Origin: Geosiphon pyriformis uo1
Lineage: Eukaryota > Fungi > Glomeromycota
Assembly (NCBI GenBank): GCA_016748015.1
Contig: JAAOMT010000269.1
Location: 29,592-93,591, forward strand
Length of the DNA stretch: 64,000 nt
Direction of reading: 5' to 3'
The first letter of the stretch is position 1, and every line of letters starts with the position of its first letter. Below, one piece after another: positions 53,585 to 64,000 of the stretch. The position numbers and the translations under genes were made by a program. Under the pieces are notes generated by a model. That model worked only from the letters and a program-made list of their open reading frames with translations. It was not told the origin of the DNA and did no database searches.

Positions 53585-54839
53585 ATGTCAAGTTGGCTGT
53601 GGGTTCTCTTTGAAGGTCAAGCTAGCCCTGTTAAAGTAGATGCCTCTAATGTACTTAATTTGTCACGCCTTGTCCTTCGCATCAAGAAGGCATTTTGAGA
53701 AAAGCTCTCCTCCATTCCATCAGACGAGATACAATTTTTGTCTAGTAACAACTACACACAACCACTTTCAATAGGCACTCTCATTACATCTATTCATACT
53801 ACAGATATCTCACCCCTTGTCGTTTGTTATTCATTCTCTGACTGCACGATTGTGATCTGCTGTAATCTGTCGAACAGCTGGTTCAGGCACCAATGGCCAT
53901 ATTCCAGTAGACTTTGACATATTTTGTGTGCTGCCGCCCTTGAGCAATTTTCACCGTTGAACAGATCTGAATTCTTTTTTGTGGTCAAGGAGCCAGCTAA
54001 GCAACAAATAGTCAACAAGTTCGAGCTCAACAGAATCATTCAGGATGCTCCAACTGATAATGGTAAGCGCCAGATCAGCTTATTCATATGAGTTAAGGGT
54101 AAAAAGGCATATGGGGAATAGGACCTGCGTGATGTCCTCCAGAACATTTTGTACAAAAGCAGTTGGTCATCACTCAGCAGCGCTCCTCGACTGAACTTGG
54201 ACGAATTCGATAAAGTAGAAGTCAGTGACGATGCTTTGAAATTGCTTATAGATGAGCTTCAAAAAAATGCAGATGTATTTGGCAAAGTAACAAGTAACAA
54301 AAATAACGTGCAGAGAGTTTATCTCTCCATTCTTAATCACAGCTGTAAAGCATTTACAAGTAAACGAACCGCTTCTTGCGTTTAGAGCTGAAGATGAGCT
54401 TAATAGAAGTCATGGCTTTGGTCTTGTGAATTACACGGTTGTTTTAAATGACATTTTGATATGCGCAACGGAGGCAAAAAAAATGGATTTCAACAAAGGG
54501 GCAGCCCAAAACATAGTACAAATGCACAGTGCTGTGGAGAGCTTAAGCAAGCGCAAACAAGAAGACACACATTTGGAAGATTCTGAGGAAGTTCCAGTTA
54601 TGGTGTATGGGATTGTGTCAAATGTCCGAAACTGGCTATTCTTGCAATGGGCAGGCACAGAAAACGATTTGGTCCTATATGTATCTAAAATGCAATCGTG
54701 CAACTTCAGTAATGCTGAAATAATGAAGATGGGAGCAAAAAACATCACAACGTACATCACCGCAATCCTGCAAGAGCAGATTCGTGGATTAAACACAGAA
54801 TGTCATCATGTTCCGAAGAAACCCAGATTTTCACTTTAA
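53585..54839 (+). pseudogene. Crinkler-type effector pseudogene (ubiquitin-like N-terminus plus PD-(D/E)xK REase-like domain)
   Basis: 'WLWVLFEG...PLVV' header; 'TCREFISPFL', 'GLV(N)Y...TEAKK...GAAQ...QMHSA', 'VYGIVSNVRNWLF'. Several stops and a frameshift near 54300. Confidence 0.72.
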
Positions 54840-55489
54840 ATGCACATCTCATTGATAACACAAGAGGCGCGTGCAAAGTACTGCACAGCATAATTTGCTT
54901 GCTTACCAAAAATGAATCCATAGGGAAAATTTCATTATTAATAATAACCGATTTCTTATTTCGACCAGAAAGAAAATTTATCTTATGGTCGAACCAAAAG
55001 TCAGATGTAATGTTACTTTTGCCAGCTGGAAACCATCATAATGTGTCTAGTGAACTTTTCTTTAATCTTTTTCTGCCGTCCTCTTTGGTGAAAGTCAGAG
55101 CGAAATCATAATATTTATGTTTGGCATATCCAAGTGATTCTTTTTTGCTACTCACATCCTTTCTGAACCTATGCAAATTGCTATTAATTAGACTCAGTTT
55201 ACAATTGTACTGCTTCGGATTTTGTCTACACATTTTATGTGATTGCTGTAACTCAATGATTAGCACATGTACTCGGGCACTATAATTAGTTTTCTCTTTC
55301 AAGTTTCAAATGGCAAATAAAATCCAAAATCTTAGATTGAAGACATTTGTAAAGAACTACAATTGGGTTTTGAAAATGGATTATTCTCTCAGCAACATTG
55401 AAGTTTTACAGAAACTGTAACTTTTAAGTAAGCTTATTGCTAGTAAAGACCTAAAAAGTGATAAAATATATATATAGGGTTATCCGTAT

Positions 55490-57200
55490 ATGAAAAATAG
55501 TGAATACAATGGTTCTACTGAATTTGAAAAAGCAATACGTTTCTTGGGAGATAGGCTACAATTGCGGTTGCTCAAAAGTGATTCCGAGAGAAAAGTTTGC
55601 CGAGTTACGTGAAGCGTTTCAAGCTCTCTCTAGATCTGAGCAAGATATTTTTTTAATGACCCAACTGAGAGCGATGAATGGTGGAGAAATAACTGCCAGT
55701 CGACGTCTTAAAAAGAAAACGCGTCCTAATAAGAGCACATTTTACTACTGAGATCGCAATACGCCGCTTTGTCAGAAAACGTATCTCAATATGTTAGGAA
55801 TTGGTCACACTCACTTCGAAACCGTCAGAAATCTAGCAACGAATGGTATAATACCGCGCGTTCATGGTAACGTAAAAAGAATACCGCGATGGAAAACCAA
55901 AATAATCATTGATATAATCGTTGCTACTGCAATGAAGAATTTTCTTGAGAATTATGCTGAAATCCATGGACTACCAAGTCCTGGTAGAAATGTTAACCCC
56001 GTTACATAATTGCTTACACTATTGCCAGCTGAAACGAATTACAAATTCGTCTATCGTGATTTTATTGCAGGTCTTGAGAACAATATCACATTAAAATTGT
56101 TAAAATATGATGCATTTTGCAAGTAATGGCATCAATTAATGCCTTATATTCAAATCATGAGTCCAAGAACAGATTTATGTGATATGTGCCAACATTTTCA
56201 GAACGGCTTACAGTATAATGCTCGTAAGGAAGAAGAAGCGAAAGATTTACTAAAAAGGTACAAAGAACATTTAGTTAAGGCTAAATTAGAGAGAAATTAT
56301 TACAACAAAAATACGAAATTAGCAGAACAACGGAGAAAATTGGTGGATGAGCATTTTAGAACAAGATTATTGCTACTGCTCATTACAGTTACGATTGGGC
56401 ACAAAATGTTCACTGATCAACAGGTGAGTAAAATTTATTATCTTAGTCCGCGCAAAGTGCATTTATTTGGTATTCAAGATGAAGCAGTACGCGAAAAAAT
56501 TAATTATGTTCTTGATGAAGACGAAATTATCGGCAAAGGCCCTAATGGCACACTGAGCATGATATGGAATTAAGAAATTGAATAAAGGTGAAAAGTATTT
56601 GAAGATTACTTGCGATAATGCGGGAGGACAGAATAAAAATAATGCTACCATTTGATTTTATCTATATTTAGTTATTTGCGGTTATTACGAAAGAATCGAA
56701 TTAAATTTCATGGTACCTGGACATACTAAATTCAAGTGTGATGGCAGTTTTGGATTGATTAAGAAACTATACCGTAAAACGACTGTAGATTGTGGTTGAA
56801 GTAGTAAAAAAGTCTAGTGTTGCCAGACTAAATAAAGCGCGGCGCTATAATAATAGAGCCAGCTTTCAATATTTTGACATCATAAGTGGTCTGGAAGCTT
56901 ATTTTAAAAAACTACCCGGTCTACAAAAGTTTCAGCATTTTCTGTTTACCAGGGCCAACCCTGGTGTGGTCAAAGTCCAAGAATTCGCTAATAGTCCTTT
57001 CCAGGAATTCAGGCTTTTAAAAATTGGCAAATCCCGAAGCTTCGAAGAGTATAGAAAAAATCAAGGCCTTGTCATTTTCCGTGCTAGTGCCTCCTCCTAT
57101 GAAGTATGAAAGGCAAGAATACCTTTATAATTATATTCGGCCTTTTGTCAAAGATGCGTTTAAAGATGTCACTTGCCCAAAACCATTGAATGCATATTAA
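55490..57200 (+). mobile_element. Sola-like DDD transposase, disrupted
   Basis: PRTDLCDMC; triad-bearing motifs SYDWAQ (~56393), CDNAGGQNKN (~56614) and GHTKFKCDGSFG (~56740); C-terminal ERQEYLY..IRPF...DVTCPKP. Intronless, with frameshifts and stops. No terminal inverted repeats seen. Confidence 0.78.
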
Positions 57201-57210
57201 AAATTAAATA

Positions 57211-58169
57211 ATGTCTAACCAAAATTACATTAACTGTCTCCACTGCTTAATTAAGCAAATCACCCAACAAAAAAATCGTCCGATCAAAATCATTTGTGAT
57301 TGGGATGAATGTATATTAAGTTACAGAGCAACCTCCATCTATAAATATTTACAAGAAAGCATTGGAGTCAAAGACTCTTTTAAAGAATTTTTTAAAAGAT
57401 TTTGAGAACGAGCGAATTTAAGCAGCTCCTCTCATGAGGGATACAAGTTTATGCCTTATGATAGCGACGATGAAAATGAAAAGAAAGCAATCGAAGAGTT
57501 TCACAGATTAAAAAAAGAGCGAAACAAAGATCCTGACAAGAATAATTCTAAATATCTCCCTACTAATGTGCAAGATTTTGCGCCTTTTCTTTCGATAACT
57601 GAAGAAATCTCCAAGTCCGTAAAAGAAGACTTAATTAGTGAATTAGTAGTGGTCAGTTCTACTTTGAGCAAAAGGCAAAGGAGGCGAGGAGTCTTTTGTA
57701 GTTAAGTCAAAAAGAAGAAGGTTTTCTAATGCTTGGGCTAATTTCCCCCAAACAAAGCTAGGCATAATCTTTGTTGAAAGAATCGGCAACGAAAATCAAC
57801 CTCATCGTTAATAATGAATTGGGGATAATCATCCTGATTTTGATTTGTAGGTTGATGATCATGCTTTTATAATTGATTCAACTAGAAAACATCTCGGAGA
57901 AAGCCATGCCCGATTATAAATGTTCTCGACATTTGCAAGCTGATAATATCTACCATATCACCACTAGCGTTAATGGTTTAAAAGACGAAGATTTTGTCAA
58001 AGCCGCAGAAGAGTCTAAACAAAAGATTAATTTGAAAGATGGAAAAAATAACGATAAAGAAACATGAAAACAAAGAGCAGTGGGTTATGCTTTTGGCTTA
58101 ATTACCCCAATTATTTTATACGGAGGATATTGGGTCATTAAAAAATTATATAAAAGACGGAAAAAGTAA
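57211..58169 (+). pseudogene. Intronless HAD-superfamily (NT5C-like) gene with a C-terminal membrane anchor, read with TGA=Trp; probable Mollicutes-related endobacterium origin
   Basis: IICDWDE (HAD motif I) and FDL*VDD (motif IV-like). In-frame TGA at 57403, 57815 and 58065; reading through the last gives a hydrophobic tail AVGYAFGLITPIILYGGYW followed by KKLYKRRKK*. Two frameshifts. Confidence 0.62.
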
Positions 58170-58474
58170 CTTAATGCTTTGAACGACGTCACAAGTTCAC
58201 TTTGTCTGGTTATTTTATTTGGCAAAAGTATGATCCGCGTGTTCAAACATAAACGTGGCTCATGCCTTTTCTGCCACTCGTATATAATTATAATAATAAT
58301 AATAATAAATAAATAATATTTAATAATTGCCACTTTTGATAAAGCATATAAAATTAGTAATATAAATAGTAATTCAGCAGTGAGCAGGGTAAAAAGGGCT
58401 GACCGTAGTACATCAATTTTTTGATGATCAAAAGCTGAAGGTGCAGGTAACAACTAACCAACACTCTTTCTTTA

Positions 58475-60584
58475 ATGGAATCTAGCGAAAGTCTTACTTC
58501 TTACACCAATATTCCTGTTTCCGAGATCACTCTTCTCACTATTCTTGTTTTCTTTCTAGTCCTGACTCGTGGTGCAAGTATATATTACACAAATCGTACC
58601 CGTGATGTCGCACTTAACCAGAACAAAAACGTGACCCTTGTTGTCTTGGGGGACATAGGTCGCTCGCCGAGAATGCAATACCATGCATTAAGTCTTGCAC
58701 AAAATAGTTGGATGGTTGATGTTGTGGGTTATAGCGGTAGGAAACTAAACAAAAAAAAGTGAATGTATTATTCGTAGTAAATTTGTTAGAAGCTAAAATT
58801 TTTATATTCGAATCATTTTAGGTGCCACTCCTCCTGCATCTCTCCTTGAAAATACCAATATTAAAATACATTATATTTCTCATCCATGGCGCCTCCCAGA
58901 ATTTTTCCCAAAGGCACTATTTTTACTTTATGCTCCATTCAAGGTTTGCTTTCAAATCGCCCTTTTGTATTGGACACTTTTGTGGCGGGTAAATTCTCCC
59001 AATTTCGTATTAGTCCAGGTAAAGATCATCACTTCATTATGATTTAATTTCAAAAATTTAAAATTAATTTCCTCCCAATGATCTGACATGTGGTAAACAT
59101 TCTTGTTTTCTATTTTTAGAATCCACCCGCGATCCCAACTTTATTCATTGTACAATTTGTATGTTGGCTTCGGCAAATAAATTTAATCGTAGATTGGCAC
59201 AATTTTGGATATACCCTTTTAGGATTGCGATTGGGTCATGAAAGTCGAATTGTCAAATTTGCTAAATGGTTTTTATTTTCAAAATCGTATTCAACTCTTT
59301 TCCTCATATTTCTAATTACAGTCAACTTTCCATATATAATCTAGGCATGAAAAAGTATGGGGTCGTAGAGCAGTTGCCCATCTGACAGTAACTGCCGCTA
59401 TGCACCGGGAATTGTTATATAATTGGGATGTACAGTAAGTATCTAACAATCTGTTTATCTTTTTTTTTCATTCAAAAATTTTTAAAATTTAAATGTTAAA
59501 TAGAGGTACCATCGCTACATTATACGACCGACCCCCAGCACATTTTCGGAGACTAAACATCGAAGAAATTCATGAAGTAAATTGAGATTTCAATTTTGTA
59601 CTCTTCAATGTTATCAACTATTGACATTAATCAGAATCCATGGTTCATTTTCAGTTTTTTTTAAGAAATAATTTGGAAGAAGTAGTTATGCTACAATCCC
59701 TCGATTCTTCCTCATTTATGTCACCTTCGTCAAAAAATTCAACTCTTTTGACTATTAAATTATCTCCAGAAACTCCAGCAAAATATCGATCAGACCGCCC
59801 CATATTAATTGTCAGCAGTACGAGTTGGACTGCAGATGAAGATTTTTCGATTTTACTTCAAGCCGCACGACAACTCGACGAATTTTTTGATGAAGTTATG
59901 GAAAAGGGAAGCAAGACCTTTCCAAATTTTCTTTTTGTCATAACTGGCAATGGTCCTTTAAAAAATAAATATGTTGAAGATATTAGCCGATTGCCACTCA
60001 AATACGTGCGAATTATCACGACGTGGTTAACCGCCGAGGATTATCCTTTACTTCTTGGTAAGATAATTTGTGTTCTGCATTTTTGAATTCAACTGATGAT
60101 TACATTTTTTGGCAGGTTCCGCGGATTTGGGAATCTCCCTGCATAAATCTTCATCGGGAATGGACCTTCCAATGAAAGTGGTGGATATGTTTGGATGTGG
60201 ACTGCCTGTGTGTGCCGTGAAATTTCAATGGTTAGTTACTTTTAATTTAAGGTTTATTAATGAAACTTTGTTAACGGTATAATTTCTTATTTTTATAGTC
60301 TCGATGAGCTTGTGCACCATGAAAAGAATGGCCTAATATTCAATGATGCTGAAGAATTGGCGAAACAATTATTTGCAAGTATATTAAGATTGAATTAAAT
60401 TGAATTTCTGAGATAAATACTAAATTACTTTTCCTTATCACGATAATGACAGGATTTATTTAATGAATATCCCGCTAATACTGTAAAACTGGAAAGAATG
60501 CGCGAAAACATAAAAGAGTTTCAAAAAGAAAGATGGGATGCAAGCTGGAATCGCGTTGTTTTGCCTTTATTACCAGACGAGTAG
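58475..60584 (+). CDS. ALG1: Chitobiosyldiphosphodolichol beta-1,4-mannosyltransferase
   Basis: [59 protein letters not shown]. Multi-exon; TAG at 60582-60584. Confidence 0.96.
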
Positions 60585-60972
60585 AGATCCTTTTTAATTT
60601 TTCAGTAAGGGTCAACTATTTCGATATAATATTCATACCCCCAAATGATTAAGGTAGTGAATGTGACATAACTTCAACAAGGTGTGGTAGTTGTCAGGAG
60701 GCGTGCCACTTCAGCATCTCTGGGTAACACAGGCAGTTCAAGGCTTATCTAGTGGATCTAGATTACCAAAAACGATAATTTTCTAATACAAATTGTGTGA
60801 ATCGAGTTTTTGTACAAATTAGTTACTTCTTTTTATTTTTGGACGTTTCACCAGTCCGATGAAATTTTTTCCCATCTTGAGTGGACGTCTTTTTTTTCCC
60901 TGATATCTCCTCGATCTTGTATCAAGTAATATTATATTGTTAAAACAAAAAAATTGATCAAAATTTATGAGA

Positions 60973-63084
60973 TTATGAACATCTCACCTTTCTTTTTTTA
61001 ACAAACTTTCCTTGTTCCCCCAACAATTTTTTTTTGCGATTCTTGTCATTTCGAGGTTCATTTTTATTTGGTCGATGTTCAGCTTCCACAACCATATTTT
61101 GAACAGAGCCAGTATTTTTTTTTCGTTCCATTCTCCGTTTCACAATCAGATTGTTCTCAATCGAAAACTCGACAATCAATCTTTTCTTATCACCGAATAA
61201 ATCGGGATTGTTGTTGAGGTAACGAAGTGCCGCTAGCGCATGAGCGTGATGTGTGAATTCCAAAAATCCGTAACCTTTGGAACGTGGTTTTTGTGTGGTG
61301 GAATCTATACGATCTTTTGATCGGACAATTTTGGCCTGAGTTTTTCATTATCAAAAGTTTCAATAAATTGTTAATGATTAGTTAAAATGACCACAAGATA
61401 AAATTGATCTAGTACCTGTTTGATGAATGGCTTGTGATCCCATCCCTCCATTCCTTCGACCTTTGACAATGCTTGTCGTTCTCCCTTCTTCACTTGTTCT
61501 TTGAATTTTTGTATACTCTCTCTTCCTAATTCTTTTAATTTTTTCTCATCAACTGTGATCGGCAGATTACGTACTGATATTCGAGTCTTTGAGATGTAAA
61601 GATTGGGATTCTTTGCCAATTGGCTTTTTCGATTCGAATAGGAAGTTGTTCTTTTATTTACTTCCGCCGCAGGGAGCAAAGCCGAGGCAGGCGTATCAGG
61701 AAGAATTGCTAAAATATAGTCTATGAGATGTTGATTCTAAATGGCACAAATGATACCAATTCCCTGAAGGTTTACCTCCTTCTTTAAGCAAATAGAAATT
61801 TCTTCGGTCTTCGAGTCGTATTCTCACTTGATTCTGATCCATTAATTGTTTGGCTTGCTCCCGTTCCACGGCTCTCGCTACTGACAATACCCGGCCATGG
61901 AGCGTAAATGGCGCTGCTAGTGAATCTGATGGGTCTGCCATCAGAATTGATTTGTATTGTACTTCATTCCGCTGTTGGCCAGGTTTTTTTGGTTGTTTTA
62001 TGGGTTCAGACATATTATTATTATTATTCACTTTCTCAGCCTCTAATAAGCACAGATTGGCATGATGAAGCTCCTTGAAGCAAACAAATCCCGTTCCTCG
62101 CGATCGACCTGTTTCATGGTCCTTGGTCACCAAGCAATAACGCAGCGGACCAAACTTTGAAAACCTGTAAAAACATAAATATGGTACTGGATAGGGTATT
62201 GAGAGTTTGCATATAAGGAATAAAATGAATCTTCACCGACAGTTCACTCAATTCTTCTTGAGTTGCTTCAAATGCAAGATTCCGAATGAATAAAGTAGAT
62301 CCTTCTGAGGCAGAAGGCAATTTCTTTTTAGGTTTGAGCGGTTTATCGATCACAATTTCTTCTTCTTCTTTTTCATCTTCTTCTTCTTCATCTTCTTCTT
62401 CTTCATCTTCTTCTTCTTCATCTTCTTCTTCATAATCATTAAATTCTTGGGAACTCTCACTTTCATTTAATTTCTCTTCGTTTATGGAGTCACTTTCTAA
62501 ATTCGAAAAAATATCCTCTGCATCTTTGGGTTCAATTTCTATTTTCTTTGTACGATTATCACCATGCCCCTCCTGCTCAGAATCATCGCTCATTTCTTCC
62601 TTCATCTGCATTTCCAACTCCTCTGAATCATCTTCAACATCTGAATATTTCAAATCATCACGGTCACTCTGATCCTTATTATTCAAATTTTTCGACTTGT
62701 AATTTGATTTTGGGAGAGCATATGCCATTCTCAGTGTTCTTTGTCCATTAAACTTTACTTTTTTTAGCTCTTTTAAGGCGCGTTCAGCGTCTTGATGCAA
62801 CGCAAATCGAACAAACCCATAGCCTTTATTCAATTTACCCAAGTCCTTACCACCCCTCAAGGATTGTTCATCTTTTTCTTTTACGACAAAACAAGATCTT
62901 ATCGGGCCCACCGCCGAAAAGAAAGACTCTAGGTCTGCGTCTGTCGCATTATATGGAACAGTGCCAACAAAGAGTGTGTTTGATTTTTGGCTTTATGAAA
63001 ATGGCCAAGTGGAGTTAGTAGATAAGGAAAAGTTGTGACTTGTGAAAAGAAAGGAAACACAAACTTGGATGTGGGGGCCGCCAT
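60973..63084 (-). CDS. NOP4: Nucleolar multi-RRM 60S biogenesis factor (Nop4/RBM28)
   Basis: RRM (TLFVGTVPY...GPIRSCFVV...GYGFV), acidic tract, RRM (TLFIRNL...[11 protein letters not shown]), '[11 protein letters not shown]', '[17 protein letters not shown]', '[22 protein letters not shown]', '[10 protein letters not shown]'. A further 3' exon near 60760-60915 is possible. Confidence 0.92.
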
Positions 63085-63648
63085 AGTAGTCAATATTGGT
63101 TTCGGTAATATTTTCACAATTTTATAAAATAAAAATTGATTCGATGAGATGAGATGATAAATTTAAACTTTTATCTCATCAGTTAAACTACTGACTGAAT
63201 GTAATATTTTTCCAAGATCACCAAGGTTAACAAAAAAGAGGCTAAAATACATGTAATTTTCGATCATTTGCACTTCATTATAATATTCATGATCTTAAAA
63301 AATAAAGGTTTAAGGATTGCAGCAATATCGGGGAATCTCTTGTCCTAATCCCTGAATTGAACTTCGGGGTAAGCCAGTTTAGTTCAACATTCGGCAATTC
63401 TTGACAGCTAACAACTCCAAAATTCATTGACTAAATAGTATAATATCCATCGTTAATACGAAGACAAGAATTTCTCATTACCCAATTTTTCCTAAAATTC
63501 GGAATCAAAAAAACCATAAGTTAATCGGGAAAGGGTCTTTCTAAAACTGTATTCCTCAGATCCTTTAGCTTGAGTGAAAAACCCGAATTAACCGAGAGTG
63601 AATGAAATAAACAGACAGCAAAACAAAAAATATCATACCAAACATCAT

Positions 63649-63994
63649 TCAATCACGTCCCTCTGAAGCGAATAAAAATATTTACAAGTTAGCACAAAAA
63701 TGAAAATCCCTATCAGCCCTTATATTAAAATAATTTACCATAAAAGCGCTGAAGAAAGCTCTTCCTCTGTTTCCGCCCTATATCCCACTCGTCCTTCTTA
63801 AAATAATGATAGACATGAATTGGCTGTTTCCACAAATTTATCGTTTCCTGATATTCGTTGTGGCCTTTAAGCAATAAGATATCGATAACACCGAGATCAT
63901 CAACATATCGATTACGCTCGAATTCTTGTCGAATTTTCGCACGTACTGCTGAAGTCGGCATGTCTAGACCAAAGTTAGCAACTATTTCTGGAGC
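63649..63994 (-). CDS. NDUFA6: Complex I LYR-family subunit B14/NDUFA6, 3' exons
   Basis: RAKIRQEFERNRYV.D..VID.LL.KG..EYQET.N.WKQ..H; spliced C-terminus FYEGRD*. The 5' exon(s) lie outside the window. Confidence 0.9.
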
Positions 63995-64000
63995 CTTTAT

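Noticed and set aside
53585-54130. TGA=Trp reading of the Crinkler pseudogene
   Set aside because: Its stops include TAG at a likely Trp site and TGA at likely Arg sites, which fits ordinary transition decay of a fungal gene.
58085-58453. 122-aa minus-strand hydrophobic ORF
   Set aside because: Built on an (ATT)n tract in the ALG1 upstream region and antisense to the end of the HAD-like gene; no motif.
63290-63600. Possible structured RNA between NOP4 and NDUFA6
   Set aside because: No tRNA, rRNA or snoRNA hallmark that I could verify by eye.

Overview
This is AT-rich, intron-containing fungal DNA. The repeat families, class-3 lipase array and Crinkler/kinase relics point to Glomeromycotina; from memory the repeats resemble those of Geosiphon pyriformis, which I could not verify. 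The first ~39 kb is a CpG-depleted block of transposons decayed by C-to-T change. It holds two minus-strand LINEs, each split by a Ty3/Gypsy insertion with a 4-bp target-site duplication (TSD). One insertion is full length (1980-11905) with a dUTPase and an extra 3' ORF; the other is an internally deleted copy (34095-37547). A solo LTR and two decayed P-loop NTPase (Crinkler-type) genes also lie in this block. At 40-51 kb are four tandem spliced class-3 lipase-fold genes, all with Gly in place of the catalytic Ser. At 53.5-58.2 kb are a Crinkler-REase pseudogene, a Sola-like DDD transposase and, 10 bp later, an intronless HAD-like gene best read with TGA=Trp, suggesting DNA from a Mollicutes-related endobacterium. 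The last ~6 kb holds housekeeping genes: ALG1, NOP4/RBM28 (apparently lacking RRM2) and the 3' part of NDUFA6. There is one ~100-N assembly gap at about 49.5 kb. All calls come from manual reading; no database searches were run.
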